A stretch of 42,834 nt of DNA, taken from contig JBALDB010000019.1 in the NCBI GenBank assembly GCA_036918135.1, positions 1-42,834 on the forward strand, in the 5' to 3' direction. The DNA comes from Nostoc sp. Its GTDB lineage: Bacteria > Cyanobacteriota > Cyanobacteriia > Cyanobacteriales > Nostocaceae. Positions 1 to 10,386 of the stretch are shown piece after piece. Position 1 is the first letter of the stretch. Every line of letters starts with the position of its first letter. Both the position numbers and the translations under genes were made by a program. The notes under the pieces were generated by a model. That model had not been told where the DNA came from, did no database searches, and saw only the letters and a program-made list of their open reading frames with translations.

Positions 1-21
1 CTTGTGTTGATGTACAGCCCT

Positions 22-93
22 GATTTATTCGCGAGTGAGACTCGCGAATAAATCGGTCTTTTCACCCTCTTTTTGCAAAATTGGGATGCTCCC
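22..93. mobile_element. Probable right end of an IS/MITE (hairpin plus terminal inverted-repeat-like sequence); element extends left of the window
   Basis: Perfect 15-bp stem GATTTATTCGCGAGT-gag-ACTCGCGAATAAATC (22-54), then TTTTGCAAAATTGGGATGCTCCC (71-93), which resembles GGGAGCATCCC-type cyanobacterial IS termini as I recall them. The partner end is not visible. Confidence 0.4.
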
Positions 94-251
94 TTAATGC
101 TTTGCTATTATGCACTATGTTATCTAGCGTATGTTAGGCAGTGATGTAATGTTTTTAGTTACAATTCATCACCAAGTATACACCTAATATACCCAACAAA
201 CATTTTAATTTTTTTAATTCCTTACCGAAGCTTTGGAATCTCCGGCTCCTC

Positions 252-422
252 TTAACAGTCAACACTCCCAAATCTAACTCCTATTAACTGTACTAATAGT
301 TTGTAATAACTGATTAGCTGTTCGCAGTCTGCTACTTGAAATTCACTGAACCAATAACGAGTCAAAATATAGTCATCTTCGTCATCATCAACGAACAGAA
401 CTTTGATGAGGCTGTTGTCCAT
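252..422 (-). pseudogene. Truncated N-terminal fragment of a receiver (REC) domain protein
   Basis: MDNSLIKVLFVDDDEDDYILTR is a canonical REC start. Similarity is lost after about 34 codons and the ORF stops before the phospho-acceptor Asp. Confidence 0.7.
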
Positions 423-886
423 GTTTGTCTCCCATTGCTTCTGCTGGCAGTTGCACAATTTCAAACCAGTCTTTTCCTAGAGTCTTCATCACCTCAACTA
501 ATGAGGCAAAAGTCACTGGCTTAATGATGAAGGAGTTTGCACCTAAATCGTAGGTATTACATATATCTTCTTGAACACCTGATGTTGACAGCATGATAAC
601 AGGAATTTGCCGCAGTTGTGGGTCAGTTTTGATTTCTTTGAGTGCTTCCAAACCGTCTTTTTTTCGGCATATTCAAATCTAATAAAATTAACCCTGGATG
701 CGGTTTACTGCTGTTATCAGCATATCGACCACGGTGGTATAAATAATCCATCAACTCTTCACCATTACTAACAATGTATAGTTCAATTGGCAATTGACTT
801 TCTGCCAACGGCTCACGAACCAACATCCTGTCATCTTCATCATCATCAGCCATTAAAATTGTGACGTTTGTTTCTCGACCCTTCAC
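388..886 (-). pseudogene. Single-domain response regulator (Rcp1-like), frameshifted
   Basis: ORF 623-958 holds ILMADDDEDD...LILLDLNMPKK and ORF 388-651 holds EALKEIK...IPVIMLSTS...GANSFIIKPV. They join if one A is removed from the A7 run (T658-664 on +), giving MPKKDGLEAL. Confidence 0.85.
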
Positions 887-1211
887 TATGCATCGTCTCC
901 TTTGCATCGGTTTATTAGTATGAATCAAGTTATTAACTTGGTACAAATGGCAAGTCATACATTGACAAAAAGAATCAAATATGCAAGCTAAATCTTGAGC
1001 TATAAAAGCTTGATTTTTGCAGTACAGTTAGGGATGTTTAACGACAAATCACATATTGCATTAGCCGTCTCAAACCTGAAATAATCTAATTTGATTAATC
1101 GCTAACATGATGAACGATTTGTAAAATAAATAACTCATAGAAATTAGAGGGTACAATTGTACAATTAAGCTCATTTTTTAGTCTGGTCTTAATCCCTCTC
1201 CAGGAAAAAAA

Positions 1212-4200
1212 TTAGGGATGAAAATTGACTGATAATGTAACAAAAAACTTCGATCCTTGCCCTGGTTTGCTCTGGGCTGTGATCCTTCCATGATGACGCT
1301 CGGTAATTTTCCGACAGATAGCTAAACCAATACCAGTACCCTCGTATTCAATAGTGCTATGTAAACGTTGAAAAACATTAAAAATGCGATCGAGATACTT
1401 TTCTTCAAAACCAATCCCATTATCTTCTACAACGATTTGACAAAGCTCAGAATCAGGCAAAATGTTATTTACTTGATTGTTTAAAATACTACCATAAATT
1501 TTGATTGCAGGTGGTACTTGTGGGCGGTGAAATTTCAGGGCGTTACCAATCAGATTTTGCAGTAATTGGCGCATCTGTAGAGGATCGGCTTTAATGGTAG
1601 GTAACTTGCCGATTTCGACACTTGCCCCAGTTTGCTGGACATACACTTCTAAATCAGACAATACCTCTTGGGCAATTTTTGCCAGATTTACCGATACAAA
1701 AGGCTGGGCCCTAGTAGTAACTCGTGAAAGTGTTAACAAGTCTTCAATCAATGTCTGCATTCTACTTACGGCATTGAGCATCCGTTCTAAATAGTCACGT
1801 CCCTGGTCAGTTAAAATGTCGCTGTAAGTAACTTTCAAGCGATCGCCAAAAGTTTTAATCTTACGCAGTGGCTCTTGCAAATCGTGGGAGGCGACAAATG
1901 CAAATTCTTGCAATTCTTTATTGGAACGGGCGAGTTCTTGCCGCTGGCGAGTTTCTTGTTCTAGGATTTGGCTGTGAGCCGAGGCAATACCTATTTGATC
2001 TGCCAGCTGTTGCAAAAGTTCAATTTCCCAACTAGTCCACTCGCGGGAATGAGCGCACTGATGGGCAATTAGCAGTCCCCACAGTTGATTTTTGAGTAAA
2101 ATTGGAACTACAAGGTTGGCTTTGACAGCAAATCGTTGCAGTAATTCCACGTGGCAAGGTTGGATATCAGCTTGTGTGATGTCTCTAATTGAACTAATTC
2201 GTCCTTGGCGGTACTGCTCGATGTAATTGTCACCAAAGCAAGGGTCGATAATTTGCTGCCCCAAAACAACGGGCAAACCGGGAACTACTGCTTCTTGAAC
2301 CGCCATCAAAGAGTTATTTGGCTGTAGACGCAAGATTAATACACGGTCGGCGAGCAGTAACTTTTGCACCTCTGTGACACTGGTTTGGAGAATTCGATCG
2401 ATTTGTAAAGATTGGCGAATTTTCAAGGTGATATTAGCGAACAGTTGCGATCGCATATTCTGGCGCTGTAATTCTGCTTGGGCGCGGTTGCGTTCGTTTA
2501 GCACGGCTTGCCGTTCGCTAATATCCATCATTGCGCTCATCATTCGCACAGGCTTACCTGTTTGGTCGTGGATAAGATAACCGCGATCGAATACGTAGGC
2601 ATAGGAGCCGTTGCTACGGCGAAAGCGGTATTCATTTGACCAGAAATTTTCACCGCTATCGATCAAAGCCCGCACTTGGGTGGTGATTCTCTGCCTGTCG
2701 TCTGGATGTATATGTTCGCTCCACCATTGAGCAGTGAAATTTATTTCCTCTATCGAGTAACCAAACAGTGTTTGTAAAGCTTGATTCCACCACACCTTAT
2801 TAGTCAGCAAATCCCAGTCCCATAAAACATCGTTGGTAGCACGCGCGACTATCTGGAAACGTTCTTCGCTTTGACGCAATTGTTCTTCTGCTAATTTGCG
2901 TTCAGTAATGTCTGTATGACAACTTGTCATCCGCACTACATTACCATCTTCGTCCCAGACTGCCTGACCGCGATTCAAAACCCATTTGTAAGCGCCATCT
3001 TTAGAGCGAATTCGATGTTCGTTAATAAAAAATGGGGTAATCTTGGCAAAGTGATCGGCGATCGCTTGTCTGACAAATCCCATATCATCTGGATGCACTC
3101 GTGTTATCCATTCATCTAAATTATTGGAAATTTCCTCTTCTTGGTAACCGAGCATTTCCTTCCAGCGAGTTGAAAAAAATACTCGATTGTTTTTAAGATT
3201 CCAATCCCAAATGCCATCATTATTACCCCGCACCACTAACTGACAGCGTTCTTCGCTTTGTTTGAGTGCGTTTTCCACTCGTTGACGCTCAATAGCAGCA
3301 GCTAGAATATTAGCAATAGATTGAAGAAAATAAATTTCATCTTTGGTGAAGGTCTGGTGTCTGGTTGTGTGTGCCCCTAAAACACCAAAAGGACGCTTTT
3401 TGCCATGAATCACTACGCTAATACCGCTCACTACTTGATGGTCGTGTAGCAGTTGTGGGCCATTGAATCGCGTTTCGGTTCGCAGGTCATCGACAATCAC
3501 AGGGCCGCTGGAAAGCAGGGTATAGCCAGCTTGGGAATTTATCAAAGCGCTGACAGTTGCGTTTCCCAGCAACCCAGATTGCCAACCTACTCCAGCCCTT
3601 AGCAGTAATGCATTACCATTTGGTAGTAATTCTAAAACTTTACAATACTCAACTTTTAGGCATTGAGTAACAATGCTGGTACATAAGTTCATCAATGCAG
3701 TCAACTCTGTACCAGCTAGGGCTATTTGACTGAGTTCTGCTATTGTTGCTTGCTGGTTAGCATAAACTTCTAGCGCCTCCTGTACTTGTTTGCACTTGGT
3801 GATGTCTATATTTATTGCAGACATTCCCACAGCCACAGAAGATGCATCTCGACACACAACTCCTTTGCTTGCTAAATAGCGAATGCTGCCATCAGGCGAA
3901 ATGACTCGAAATTCGATGTCATATTTTACCCCATCCACAATAGCCTGCTGATGCGATCGCCTGACCAAATCGCGGTCTTGGCGATGAACGCGGTTGATAA
4001 AACCATCATAAGTGTGATTGAAAGTGGCTTCTTCCCTGCCGAAAAGTGCTTTTAAGTTACCTGAGTAAGTAATTTTGTCAGTCAGAATATCCCAGTTCCA
4101 AATGACCATCTCAGTAGACTCTAAGGCTATTCTCAGTTGTGCTTCTTGCTGTTGTGCCTGGGCAGTTTGCTGTTGTAATTCCTCTTGGGCACGACGAGCT

Positions 4201-4562
4201 TCCAGAAGACGGCGCAACCTTTGATGTAATATCGGCCATTGAATCGGCTTAGTAAAAAAATCAGTAGCACCTACAGCAAAAGCTTTTTCCACAGATGCCC
4301 GATCGTCAAAACCGCTAATCATTAACACTGGTGTGTCTTTACCATTGGGAAGTACTTGCAGTTGAGCGCAGCAGTCAAATCCATCCATCTCTGGCATGAT
4401 TGCATCCAACAATACTATATCTGGATGTAGCCGAGTATAGGTAGCGATCGCTTCTAAACCGTTACTCGCTTCTACCACTTGATACCCTGCTTCTTTCAAT
4501 AGCTCACACAGATAGATTCGCATTAAATGGTCGTCGTCTACAACCAGAATCAGGTTAGTCAT
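1212..4562 (-). CDS. Hybrid sensor histidine kinase REC-PAS-GAF-PAS-PAS-GAF(cyanobacteriochrome)-HisKA-HATPase
   Basis: N-terminal REC (VVDDD, LLDAIMP, FTKP); PAS_3 repeats (WDW...VHPDD); distal GAF with DPCF and PCH; H-box FAFVASHDLQEPLRKI; N/G boxes NALKF, DNGIG, GTGIGL. Confidence 0.92.
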   Translation of the reverse strand: MTNLILVVDDDHLMRIYLCELLKEAGYQVVEASNGLEAIATYTRLHPDIVLLDAIMPEMDGFDCCAQLQVLPNGKDTPVLMISGFDDRASVEKAFAVGATDFFTKPIQWPILHQRLRRLLEARRAQEELQQQTAQAQQQEAQLRIALESTEMVIWNWDILTDKITYSGNLKALFGREEATFNHTYDGFINRVHRQDRDLVRRSHQQAIVDGVKYDIEFRVISPDGSIRYLASKGVVCRDASSVAVGMSAINIDITKCKQVQEALEVYANQQATIAELSQIALAGTELTALMNLCTSIVTQCLKVEYCKVLELLPNGNALLLRAGVGWQSGLLGNATVSALINSQAGYTLLSSGPVIVDDLRTETRFNGPQLLHDHQVVSGISVVIHGKKRPFGVLGAHTTRHQTFTKDEIYFLQSIANILAAAIERQRVENALKQSEERCQLVVRGNNDGIWDWNLKNNRVFFSTRWKEMLGYQEEEISNNLDEWITRVHPDDMGFVRQAIADHFAKITPFFINEHRIRSKDGAYKWVLNRGQAVWDEDGNVVRMTSCHTDITERKLAEEQLRQSEERFQIVARATNDVLWDWDLLTNKVWWNQALQTLFGYSIEEINFTAQWWSEHIHPDDRQRITTQVRALIDSGENFWSNEYRFRRSNGSYAYVFDRGYLIHDQTGKPVRMMSAMMDISERQAVLNERNRAQAELQRQNMRSQLFANITLKIRQSLQIDRILQTSVTEVQKLLLADRVLILRLQPNNSLMAVQEAVVPGLPVVLGQQIIDPCFGDNYIEQYRQGRISSIRDITQADIQPCHVELLQRFAVKANLVVPILLKNQLWGLLIAHQCAHSREWTSWEIELLQQLADQIGIASAHSQILEQETRQRQELARSNKELQEFAFVASHDLQEPLRKIKTFGDRLKVTYSDILTDQGRDYLERMLNAVSRMQTLIEDLLTLSRVTTRAQPFVSVNLAKIAQEVLSDLEVYVQQTGASVEIGKLPTIKADPLQMRQLLQNLIGNALKFHRPQVPPAIKIYGSILNNQVNNILPDSELCQIVVEDNGIGFEEKYLDRIFNVFQRLHSTIEYEGTGIGLAICRKITERHHGRITAQSKPGQGSKFFVTLSVNFHP

Positions 4563-4826
4563 TTGTCGTTTGTTTTTTGTGCTTTGTGATTAAGCAATGA
4601 CTGTGCCAATTTTTTAGATGTTTGATTTTGGATTGCAGGAAAATTTCAACCCTTAACTCCAAATAATCAGCCAATTCTGCTATAAGCCTCATACAGAGTG
4701 CCCAGTTGTGATTCCAATCCTCACTTTCGTTATAAGGTTGGAATCACGAACAAAGGTCTAGCAATCTCCGGCTTTGCCCTTTTTTCAAACGCATAGCGTC
4801 AGAAAAAATCTTTCTTTATTTTTCAT

Positions 4827-4942
4827 TAGGACTTAGGCACTTAGATTCCCCAACCTGCTTAAAAAGGGGACTTTAGACGTTCCCCCTTTTTAAGGGGGGT
4901 AGTGGGGGGATCGAGGTTTCAGGCTTGAGTGCGTAAGTCCTA
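4827..4942. mobile_element. MITE with TAGGACTTA(C/G)GCAC terminal inverted repeats
   Basis: TAGGACTTAGGCAC ... GTGCGTAAGTCCTA ends, internal CCCCCTTTTTAAGGGGG palindrome, and TTCAT on both flanks. Confidence 0.75.
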
Positions 4943-4965
4943 TTCATAACTAAAATCAGGAGCTT

Positions 4966-5107
4966 TAGGGCGTGTTTTCAAACTACTCGTTTAGCCTCCT
5001 AACTTTTTTCTCGCCTAAATCCCCCTTTGCAAAGGCGATTTAGGGAAATCTTAGCCACCCTTTTTCAGGTAATTTGGGGGGAGCTAATACTTTGAAAACA
5101 CACCCTA
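4966..5107. mobile_element. Second MITE with TAGGG(C/T)GTGTTTTCAAA terminal inverted repeats
   Basis: TAGGGCGTGTTTTCAAACTA ... TACTTTGAAAACACACCCTA (18/20 complementary), with degenerate internal CCCCCTT/GGGGG motifs. Confidence 0.72.
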
Positions 5108-5659
5108 GACTTTATTGTACTGAGTACAATTATTAATTTTCTTACTCACCACAAGAGGACAAGGGGAGGGAAAAGATTTCTGGAAGTTCTATTTTGTTGT
5201 CCTCTTGCCCCTTTCACTCCCCACTCCCTACTCAAAAGTCCTTTGGGGATTGGATTTGGGGCTAAATCAAATCTAAAATCATGAAATGATGACATTTTGG
5301 CTGATAGACAAGATACTTTGCCACACAATGTTATCAAAGCATGACAATAAGATCCCAGAAGCGCTGATAAATTCGTGAAATAGCCAAAAAATCTATTCAA
5401 ACCCCTTGATCCCTACATATGCTTAGTGGTTAATATTGACTTAACAAATTACAACTCCTCCGATCCCAAAAAAATGCTAAAGGCATAACTAAAGGAATCG
5501 ATCGGAAATGATTTCGATTTAAAAACAAACTAAAAAACTTAAAACTGGGCAAAACCAGGAGTCAGGAATAAGAAATTCATCTGGAGTGGATGACATTTTA
5601 TACTGCATTCTTTAACCAGGGGAAATCATTTACCGCTTAAACTACTGGAGGCCAAATTA

Positions 5660-6913
5660 ATGGCAAAAGAACGCCCGCCACTAGAGGAGATGACCTTACG
5701 GCAACTACGTAAAGTTGCTAGCGAATATAGCATCTCTCGCTATAGCCGAATGCGTAAATCTCAACTGCTCGCATCAATTCAAGAAGTCCAGCGCAGCAAA
5801 ATTTCGCTCAGTCCATCTCGTTCATTGGAGGCACAAGAAACTGTGGAAGCAGCTAAGTTTGAATTAGGTCAGGAAGATCGTACTGGTGGATCTCTTACTG
5901 ATGTTGATGAAGGACTCCCAGATCTGCCTTCTGGTTATGGTGAAAGCCGGATTGTACTCTTACCCCGCGATCCCCAATGGGCTTACACTTACTGGGATGT
6001 ACCCAATGAACATAAACAAGAACTGCGTCGCCAAGGGGGACAACAACTGGCACTGCGGATTTATGATGTTACTGATATCAATATTGATTTTCAAAGTCCC
6101 CACAGCATTCAAGAATATCCTGCTGACGAGCTAGCAAGAGAATGGTATTTACCAGTTCCAGTTAGCGATCGCGATTATACGATCGATGTCGGCTATCGGG
6201 CTGTTGATGGTCGCTGGTTAGTACTCGCTCGTTCTGCTAAAGTACGTATTCCTCCCGTCTATCCTTCTGACTGGATTGAAGATGTCTTCATCACTGTTGA
6301 CTTTGAAGAAGACTTGCGTGAAAAAACTCAGTACGAACTGGTTCCACCTGCCCAGAAGGCCGCAGCAGCAACAGCCAATGGTGCCAATGGTGTTAATGCT
6401 GCAAATGGCAACCCCATTTACGACCAAATCTTTGGCCTAGCCGAATCTGCCGAAGCACAACGCGTTGCTGGTTCTCTGTTTGGCTCCATGCAGCAAGCAC
6501 CAGGTTTAGTAGGCCCCGAACAAGCCATCAGTTCCTACGTTTTCCCTTCTGGTGTAGGTTTGTGGGCGGTTCCTACTGCGTCAGGTTTAACCATGTCAGG
6601 CGTTGGCTTCTCAGCTTCCGCCGTACCAGTGCGTTCGCGCAAGTTCTGGTTGATAGCAGATGCAGAATTGATTGTTTATGGTGCAACTGAACCCGATGCT
6701 AACGTAACAATTGGCGGTCGTCCAATTAAACTCAATCCAGATGGTACATTCCGCTTCCAGATATCCTTCCAAGATGGTTTAATTGACTATCCAATTGTGG
6801 CTGTAGCTGCTGATGGCGAGCAAACCCGCTCAATTCAGATGAAATTTAATCGTGAAACACCATCCCGGAATACTAACACCAAAGAAGACGCTGTTTTAGA
6901 ATGGTTCTCTTAA
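5660..6913 (+). CDS. DUF4912 domain protein with N-terminal Rho_N-like domain
   Basis: LEEMTLRQLRKVASEYSISRYSRMRKSQL (Rho_N-like); ESRIVLLPRDPQWAYTYWD (DUF4912); C-terminal Ig-like FWLIADAELIVYGATEP; GGAGG RBS. Confidence 0.85.
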   Translation: MAKERPPLEEMTLRQLRKVASEYSISRYSRMRKSQLLASIQEVQRSKISLSPSRSLEAQETVEAAKFELGQEDRTGGSLTDVDEGLPDLPSGYGESRIVLLPRDPQWAYTYWDVPNEHKQELRRQGGQQLALRIYDVTDINIDFQSPHSIQEYPADELAREWYLPVPVSDRDYTIDVGYRAVDGRWLVLARSAKVRIPPVYPSDWIEDVFITVDFEEDLREKTQYELVPPAQKAAAATANGANGVNAANGNPIYDQIFGLAESAEAQRVAGSLFGSMQQAPGLVGPEQAISSYVFPSGVGLWAVPTASGLTMSGVGFSASAVPVRSRKFWLIADAELIVYGATEPDANVTIGGRPIKLNPDGTFRFQISFQDGLIDYPIVAVAADGEQTRSIQMKFNRETPSRNTNTKEDAVLEWFS

Positions 6914-6958
6914 GTTTTAGTTATTAGGTTAACCCCAGAGTTAAATTTTAAATTATTC

Positions 6959-6989
6959 CCCGCTATAGTAATTCTGTAGCGGGTTTTTT
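6959..6989 (+). terminator. Intrinsic terminator
   Basis: CCCGCTATAG-taatt-CTGTAGCGGG followed by TTTTTT. Confidence 0.75.
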
Positions 6990-6997
6990 GCACGATT

Positions 6998-7924
6998 ATG
7001 TCTAGAAAAAGCTTACTTTTGTTATTTATGGCGATCGCTGGTGCTAGCTTGTTATCAGGTTGTCAAAAACTTGTCGCCAATTCAGTACCAAAAGCATCTA
7101 AAATTTGTCCTGGAAAAAATCCCAAATTCAGTATTGATTTTTTTAAAACGAATAATCAAGGGCAGAAAAATCCCAAAGGTATTAACCATGTAATTATATT
7201 TAATCCTAGATCAGCAGAATTAGATTTCAAAGTTAATCTTGGTTTATCTCATCAACTCTACGCTAAAGATGCTCGCGGAAAACTACGCAAAGAATATGTA
7301 CCAAGACAGTTTCGCGAACTCATCGTTGGTGATAACGCCAAATTAAATGGACAGCTACCGATCGCCGCAATTAATGCCGACTATATAGGTACTGACAATC
7401 GACCACAAGGCTTAAATATTTCTCGTGGTGTAGAATATTCAGGAGCATTTAAAAATAAGCGTTCTTCCTTTGGTATATCAGGAGGTTCACCCAGACAACG
7501 ACAAGCCACTATCCAAGCTGGTAGAAGAAACAGCGATGTTCTCAATTACAATTTAGTAGGAGGGAATGGCAGATTTTATCGTCAAGGTAAATTTAAAAAT
7601 ATTTGTCAAGATTTGGGAGAATTTGCCTGTAAAGGTGCAACTAATCGCTCTATGGCAGCTATTACAGAACGAGGATATGTAATATTATTAGTTAATGATG
7701 TGAAAGCTAATTCCCAGATTGAAATATCTGACATTAATCAAGAGTTACTACCAGATGCGTTTGATAATGTCTTAGAAGGCATTGCTAGCAATAATTGTTT
7801 GGGAAAAATTCAAGAAGGAATTTTATTTGATGGAGGTATGTCTCCAGGATTATATTACAACCAAAAAATCTATCTAGAAAATCAAGGGCCGATTGGTTCA
7901 GTTTTTTTGATTTACAAAAAATAA
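6998..7924 (+). CDS. Putative lipoprotein, phosphodiester glycosidase (NAGPA-like) family
   Basis: Lipobox LLSGC; motifs AAINADY, NRSMAAIT and LFDGGMS resemble the NAGPA domain. Confidence 0.6.
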   Translation: MSRKSLLLLFMAIAGASLLSGCQKLVANSVPKASKICPGKNPKFSIDFFKTNNQGQKNPKGINHVIIFNPRSAELDFKVNLGLSHQLYAKDARGKLRKEYVPRQFRELIVGDNAKLNGQLPIAAINADYIGTDNRPQGLNISRGVEYSGAFKNKRSSFGISGGSPRQRQATIQAGRRNSDVLNYNLVGGNGRFYRQGKFKNICQDLGEFACKGATNRSMAAITERGYVILLVNDVKANSQIEISDINQELLPDAFDNVLEGIASNNCLGKIQEGILFDGGMSPGLYYNQKIYLENQGPIGSVFLIYKK

Positions 7925-7958
7925 AATAAATTTAGAGGCTAGATATAACAAACACATT

Positions 7959-8519
7959 ATGACACCTGAAGAAATTACGGCTACGTTAAAAGAATTATTT
8001 GGCACAAATATTGGTGCAATTGCCCCTGATTCCTGGGAAGTAAACACCTCTACTTTTCGGCTGTTGGTACTGCTGTCGAAAGATAATAGTTGGCTGCGAG
8101 TTTTGTTACCAATATTACCATTACAAGAAGCCAAATCTTTTTTAACAGAGTTTTTAGCAGCTAACTTTGATGAGACTCAGGAAGTACGGTATGCTTTGCA
8201 TGATGGGCAAATTTGGGCAGTGTTTCACCATAACACTAGCACTTTGGTAAAAGAGGACTTTAAAAGAGCGATCGCTCGACTGGTGTCTCTACATGAAGTC
8301 GGTTTAGATAATGTCTTCAATCGATTGGTTGAAAGTCGCATCCGCCAAGTTATCCAAGCAGCAAAACTGCAAGGACAATCTCTGCAAGCCACGATGCAAA
8401 ACTTGGAACGCTTTTATGCAGAAGGAATAATGGGTGAAATCAACCAAACCTCAGAGGTGCGAGAAGAAATCCTAGCTGCTTGGCGGCGTCAGTTAGAACG
8501 CTTATGGAATGAAATATAA
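7959..8519 (+). CDS. Conserved hypothetical protein (YbjN/T3SS-chaperone-like N-terminal fold)
   Basis: Intact 186-aa ORF in operon; WLRVLLPI...LAANFDETQEVRYAL pattern. Confidence 0.55.
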   Translation: MTPEEITATLKELFGTNIGAIAPDSWEVNTSTFRLLVLLSKDNSWLRVLLPILPLQEAKSFLTEFLAANFDETQEVRYALHDGQIWAVFHHNTSTLVKEDFKRAIARLVSLHEVGLDNVFNRLVESRIRQVIQAAKLQGQSLQATMQNLERFYAEGIMGEINQTSEVREEILAAWRRQLERLWNEI

Positions 8520-8570
8520 ATTTGAAGAATACAGAATTGGTGAATTGCTGAATTCAGCAATCTTTTAATT

Positions 8571-8957
8571 ATGGATATCATTGAAATTCTCAAAGAAGAC
8601 TATCAAAGATTCCCAGCTAATCAAACTTACAGCCTTTACGCTCCAGATGTTTATTTTAAAGACCCACTGAATAAATTTCGTGGAGTGAAACGCTATAAAA
8701 AAATGATTGGCTTTATTGAAACTTTATTTTTAAATCCCAAGATGGATTTACATAACATTCAACGTTTGGGAGATACAATTAAAACTGAGTGGACACTGAG
8801 TTGGAATACTCCTGTTCCTTGGAAGCCACATATTTCTATCCCTGGTTGGAGTGAATTAACTCTTAATTCTGATGGTTTAATTATCTCCCATGTTGATTAT
8901 TGGAACTGCTCGCGCTTGGATGTGGTGAAGCAGCATTTTTTCTCTGCAAAAAATTGA
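8571..8957 (+). CDS. DUF2358 / NTF2-like protein
   Basis: YAPDVYFKDPLNKFRG ... IISHVDYW motif. Confidence 0.85.
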   Translation: MDIIEILKEDYQRFPANQTYSLYAPDVYFKDPLNKFRGVKRYKKMIGFIETLFLNPKMDLHNIQRLGDTIKTEWTLSWNTPVPWKPHISIPGWSELTLNSDGLIISHVDYWNCSRLDVVKQHFFSAKN

Positions 8958-9154
8958 TATTGCAGTCTCAAATCATTTGTGAAATATTTTTCTGTTTGGT
9001 GTCATTAGTCATTTGTCATTTGTCCTTTGTGACAAAGTTATGAGTGCCAAAAGGAGCTGCTAATACTTCGCAATTTGTACTCATACACTAAGGACAAATG
9101 ACCAAGGACGCGACCATAACAAAAATTTCAACTTTCTGATTTAGGATGGTTATA
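8958..9154. repeat. Degenerate MITE-like element carrying heptamer STRR repeats
   Basis: Ends TATTGCAGTCTCAAATCA and TGATTTAGGATGGTTATA are imperfectly complementary. Interior has GTCATTA/GTCATTT heptamers (about 9001-9030) and inverted GGACAAATGAC. Confidence 0.5.
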
Positions 9155-9217
9155 TTGTCAGAACTCAACAGCCGATTACTATTACACTAGAGGCAACAAC
9201 CAAAGCCATTAATCTTT

Positions 9218-9940
9218 ATGACGGCTGCCAAAAATCCGGAAATCCCTGTTGAATTAACTATACATACCGAAGCAGAAGATATTATCATTCCACCTAGTGA
9301 TTTATGGAGTGATGAACCTCCTTTGGAAAGCGATTTGCACCGCGACCAAATCGAACTACTATTAGCCTGTCTCAAATGGTGGTGGTGTAACCGTAATGAT
9401 TTTTATGCTACTGGAAATTTAACGATTTATTTTAGCCCAGAACAGATTACTACGCGAGACTTTAGAGGGCCGGATTTTTTTGTTGTCTTGGGATGTGAAA
9501 ATCACCCCCGCAAAAGTTGGGTATTATGGGCAGAACAAGGAAAATATCCGAATGTGATTATTGAATTACTTTCTAATAGCACTGCCAAAGTTGACAAAGG
9601 TCTTAAGTTTGAACTTTACCAAGAGACTTTTCGTACCCCAGAATATTTTTGGTTTCACCCCGACACTTTGGAGTTTAAAGGATTTCGTTTAGTAGGTGGT
9701 AAGTATCAACCTTTGGAAGCAAATGCTGATGGGTGGCTATGGAGTCAGCAGTTAGAGTTATTCTTAGGAGTGTACGAGGCAAAATTACGGTTTTTTAATG
9801 AGGATAAGCAACTGGTAGCGACTCCAGAAGAAAGGGCACAAGCAGCAGAACAGGAAGTTGAAGCTGAACGACAACAGAGGGAACTTGCTCAACAGCAAGT
9901 GGAAGAACTGAAAGCTAGGTTGAAAGAGTTGGAGCGTTGA
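9218..9940 (+). CDS. Uma2 family (PD-(D/E)XK) endonuclease
   Basis: SDEPPLESDLH, FRGPDFFVV, PNVIIELLS, PEYFWF and a coiled-coil tail. Confidence 0.9.
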   Translation: MTAAKNPEIPVELTIHTEAEDIIIPPSDLWSDEPPLESDLHRDQIELLLACLKWWWCNRNDFYATGNLTIYFSPEQITTRDFRGPDFFVVLGCENHPRKSWVLWAEQGKYPNVIIELLSNSTAKVDKGLKFELYQETFRTPEYFWFHPDTLEFKGFRLVGGKYQPLEANADGWLWSQQLELFLGVYEAKLRFFNEDKQLVATPEERAQAAEQEVEAERQQRELAQQQVEELKARLKELER

Positions 9941-10386
9941 CTGTTGACTAACGCGCTATATTATCTGGCGATGCGTCAAGCCCAAGCCATAACATACCCT
10001 ACTTAGGATTTACTTAACAGGGGTATCGTCAACAGTCAACAATTTAGCCCAAGTATTAAAAAATCAGTTAAAATAATCACTAAAATTTTAAATCATTTAT
10101 ATAATTCAGAACTGTAGTCAAATGCTAGTCCAAAACATAGCAACAATTACCCATTGCCAATTTCTTGAATGATAAACATATCTTCAGGTACGGTTCCCCT
10201 GTCGAGAAATCCCCCCTGCGATCGCTACCTACCTAAGATCGGACGCGGTAAATTGAATATGTAGCCAATAGTGAATGTTACAAATTCGCTTGTTTATGAG
10301 GGACTAGTGTTAGTCAGACACGGCAAGAATCCCAAGAACATACGGGAAAAATCATAAAAAAATTCCATTTTTGAAGCGATTGCATT

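Noticed and set aside
655..667. Programmed frameshift at the A7 run
   Set aside because: Restoring the frame needs +1, the A-AAA-AAG -1 motif is not in the right phase, and the run is short for transcriptional slippage.
5146..5400. 84-aa minus-strand ORF
   Set aside because: No motifs; lies in a repeat-rich promoter region; likely spurious.
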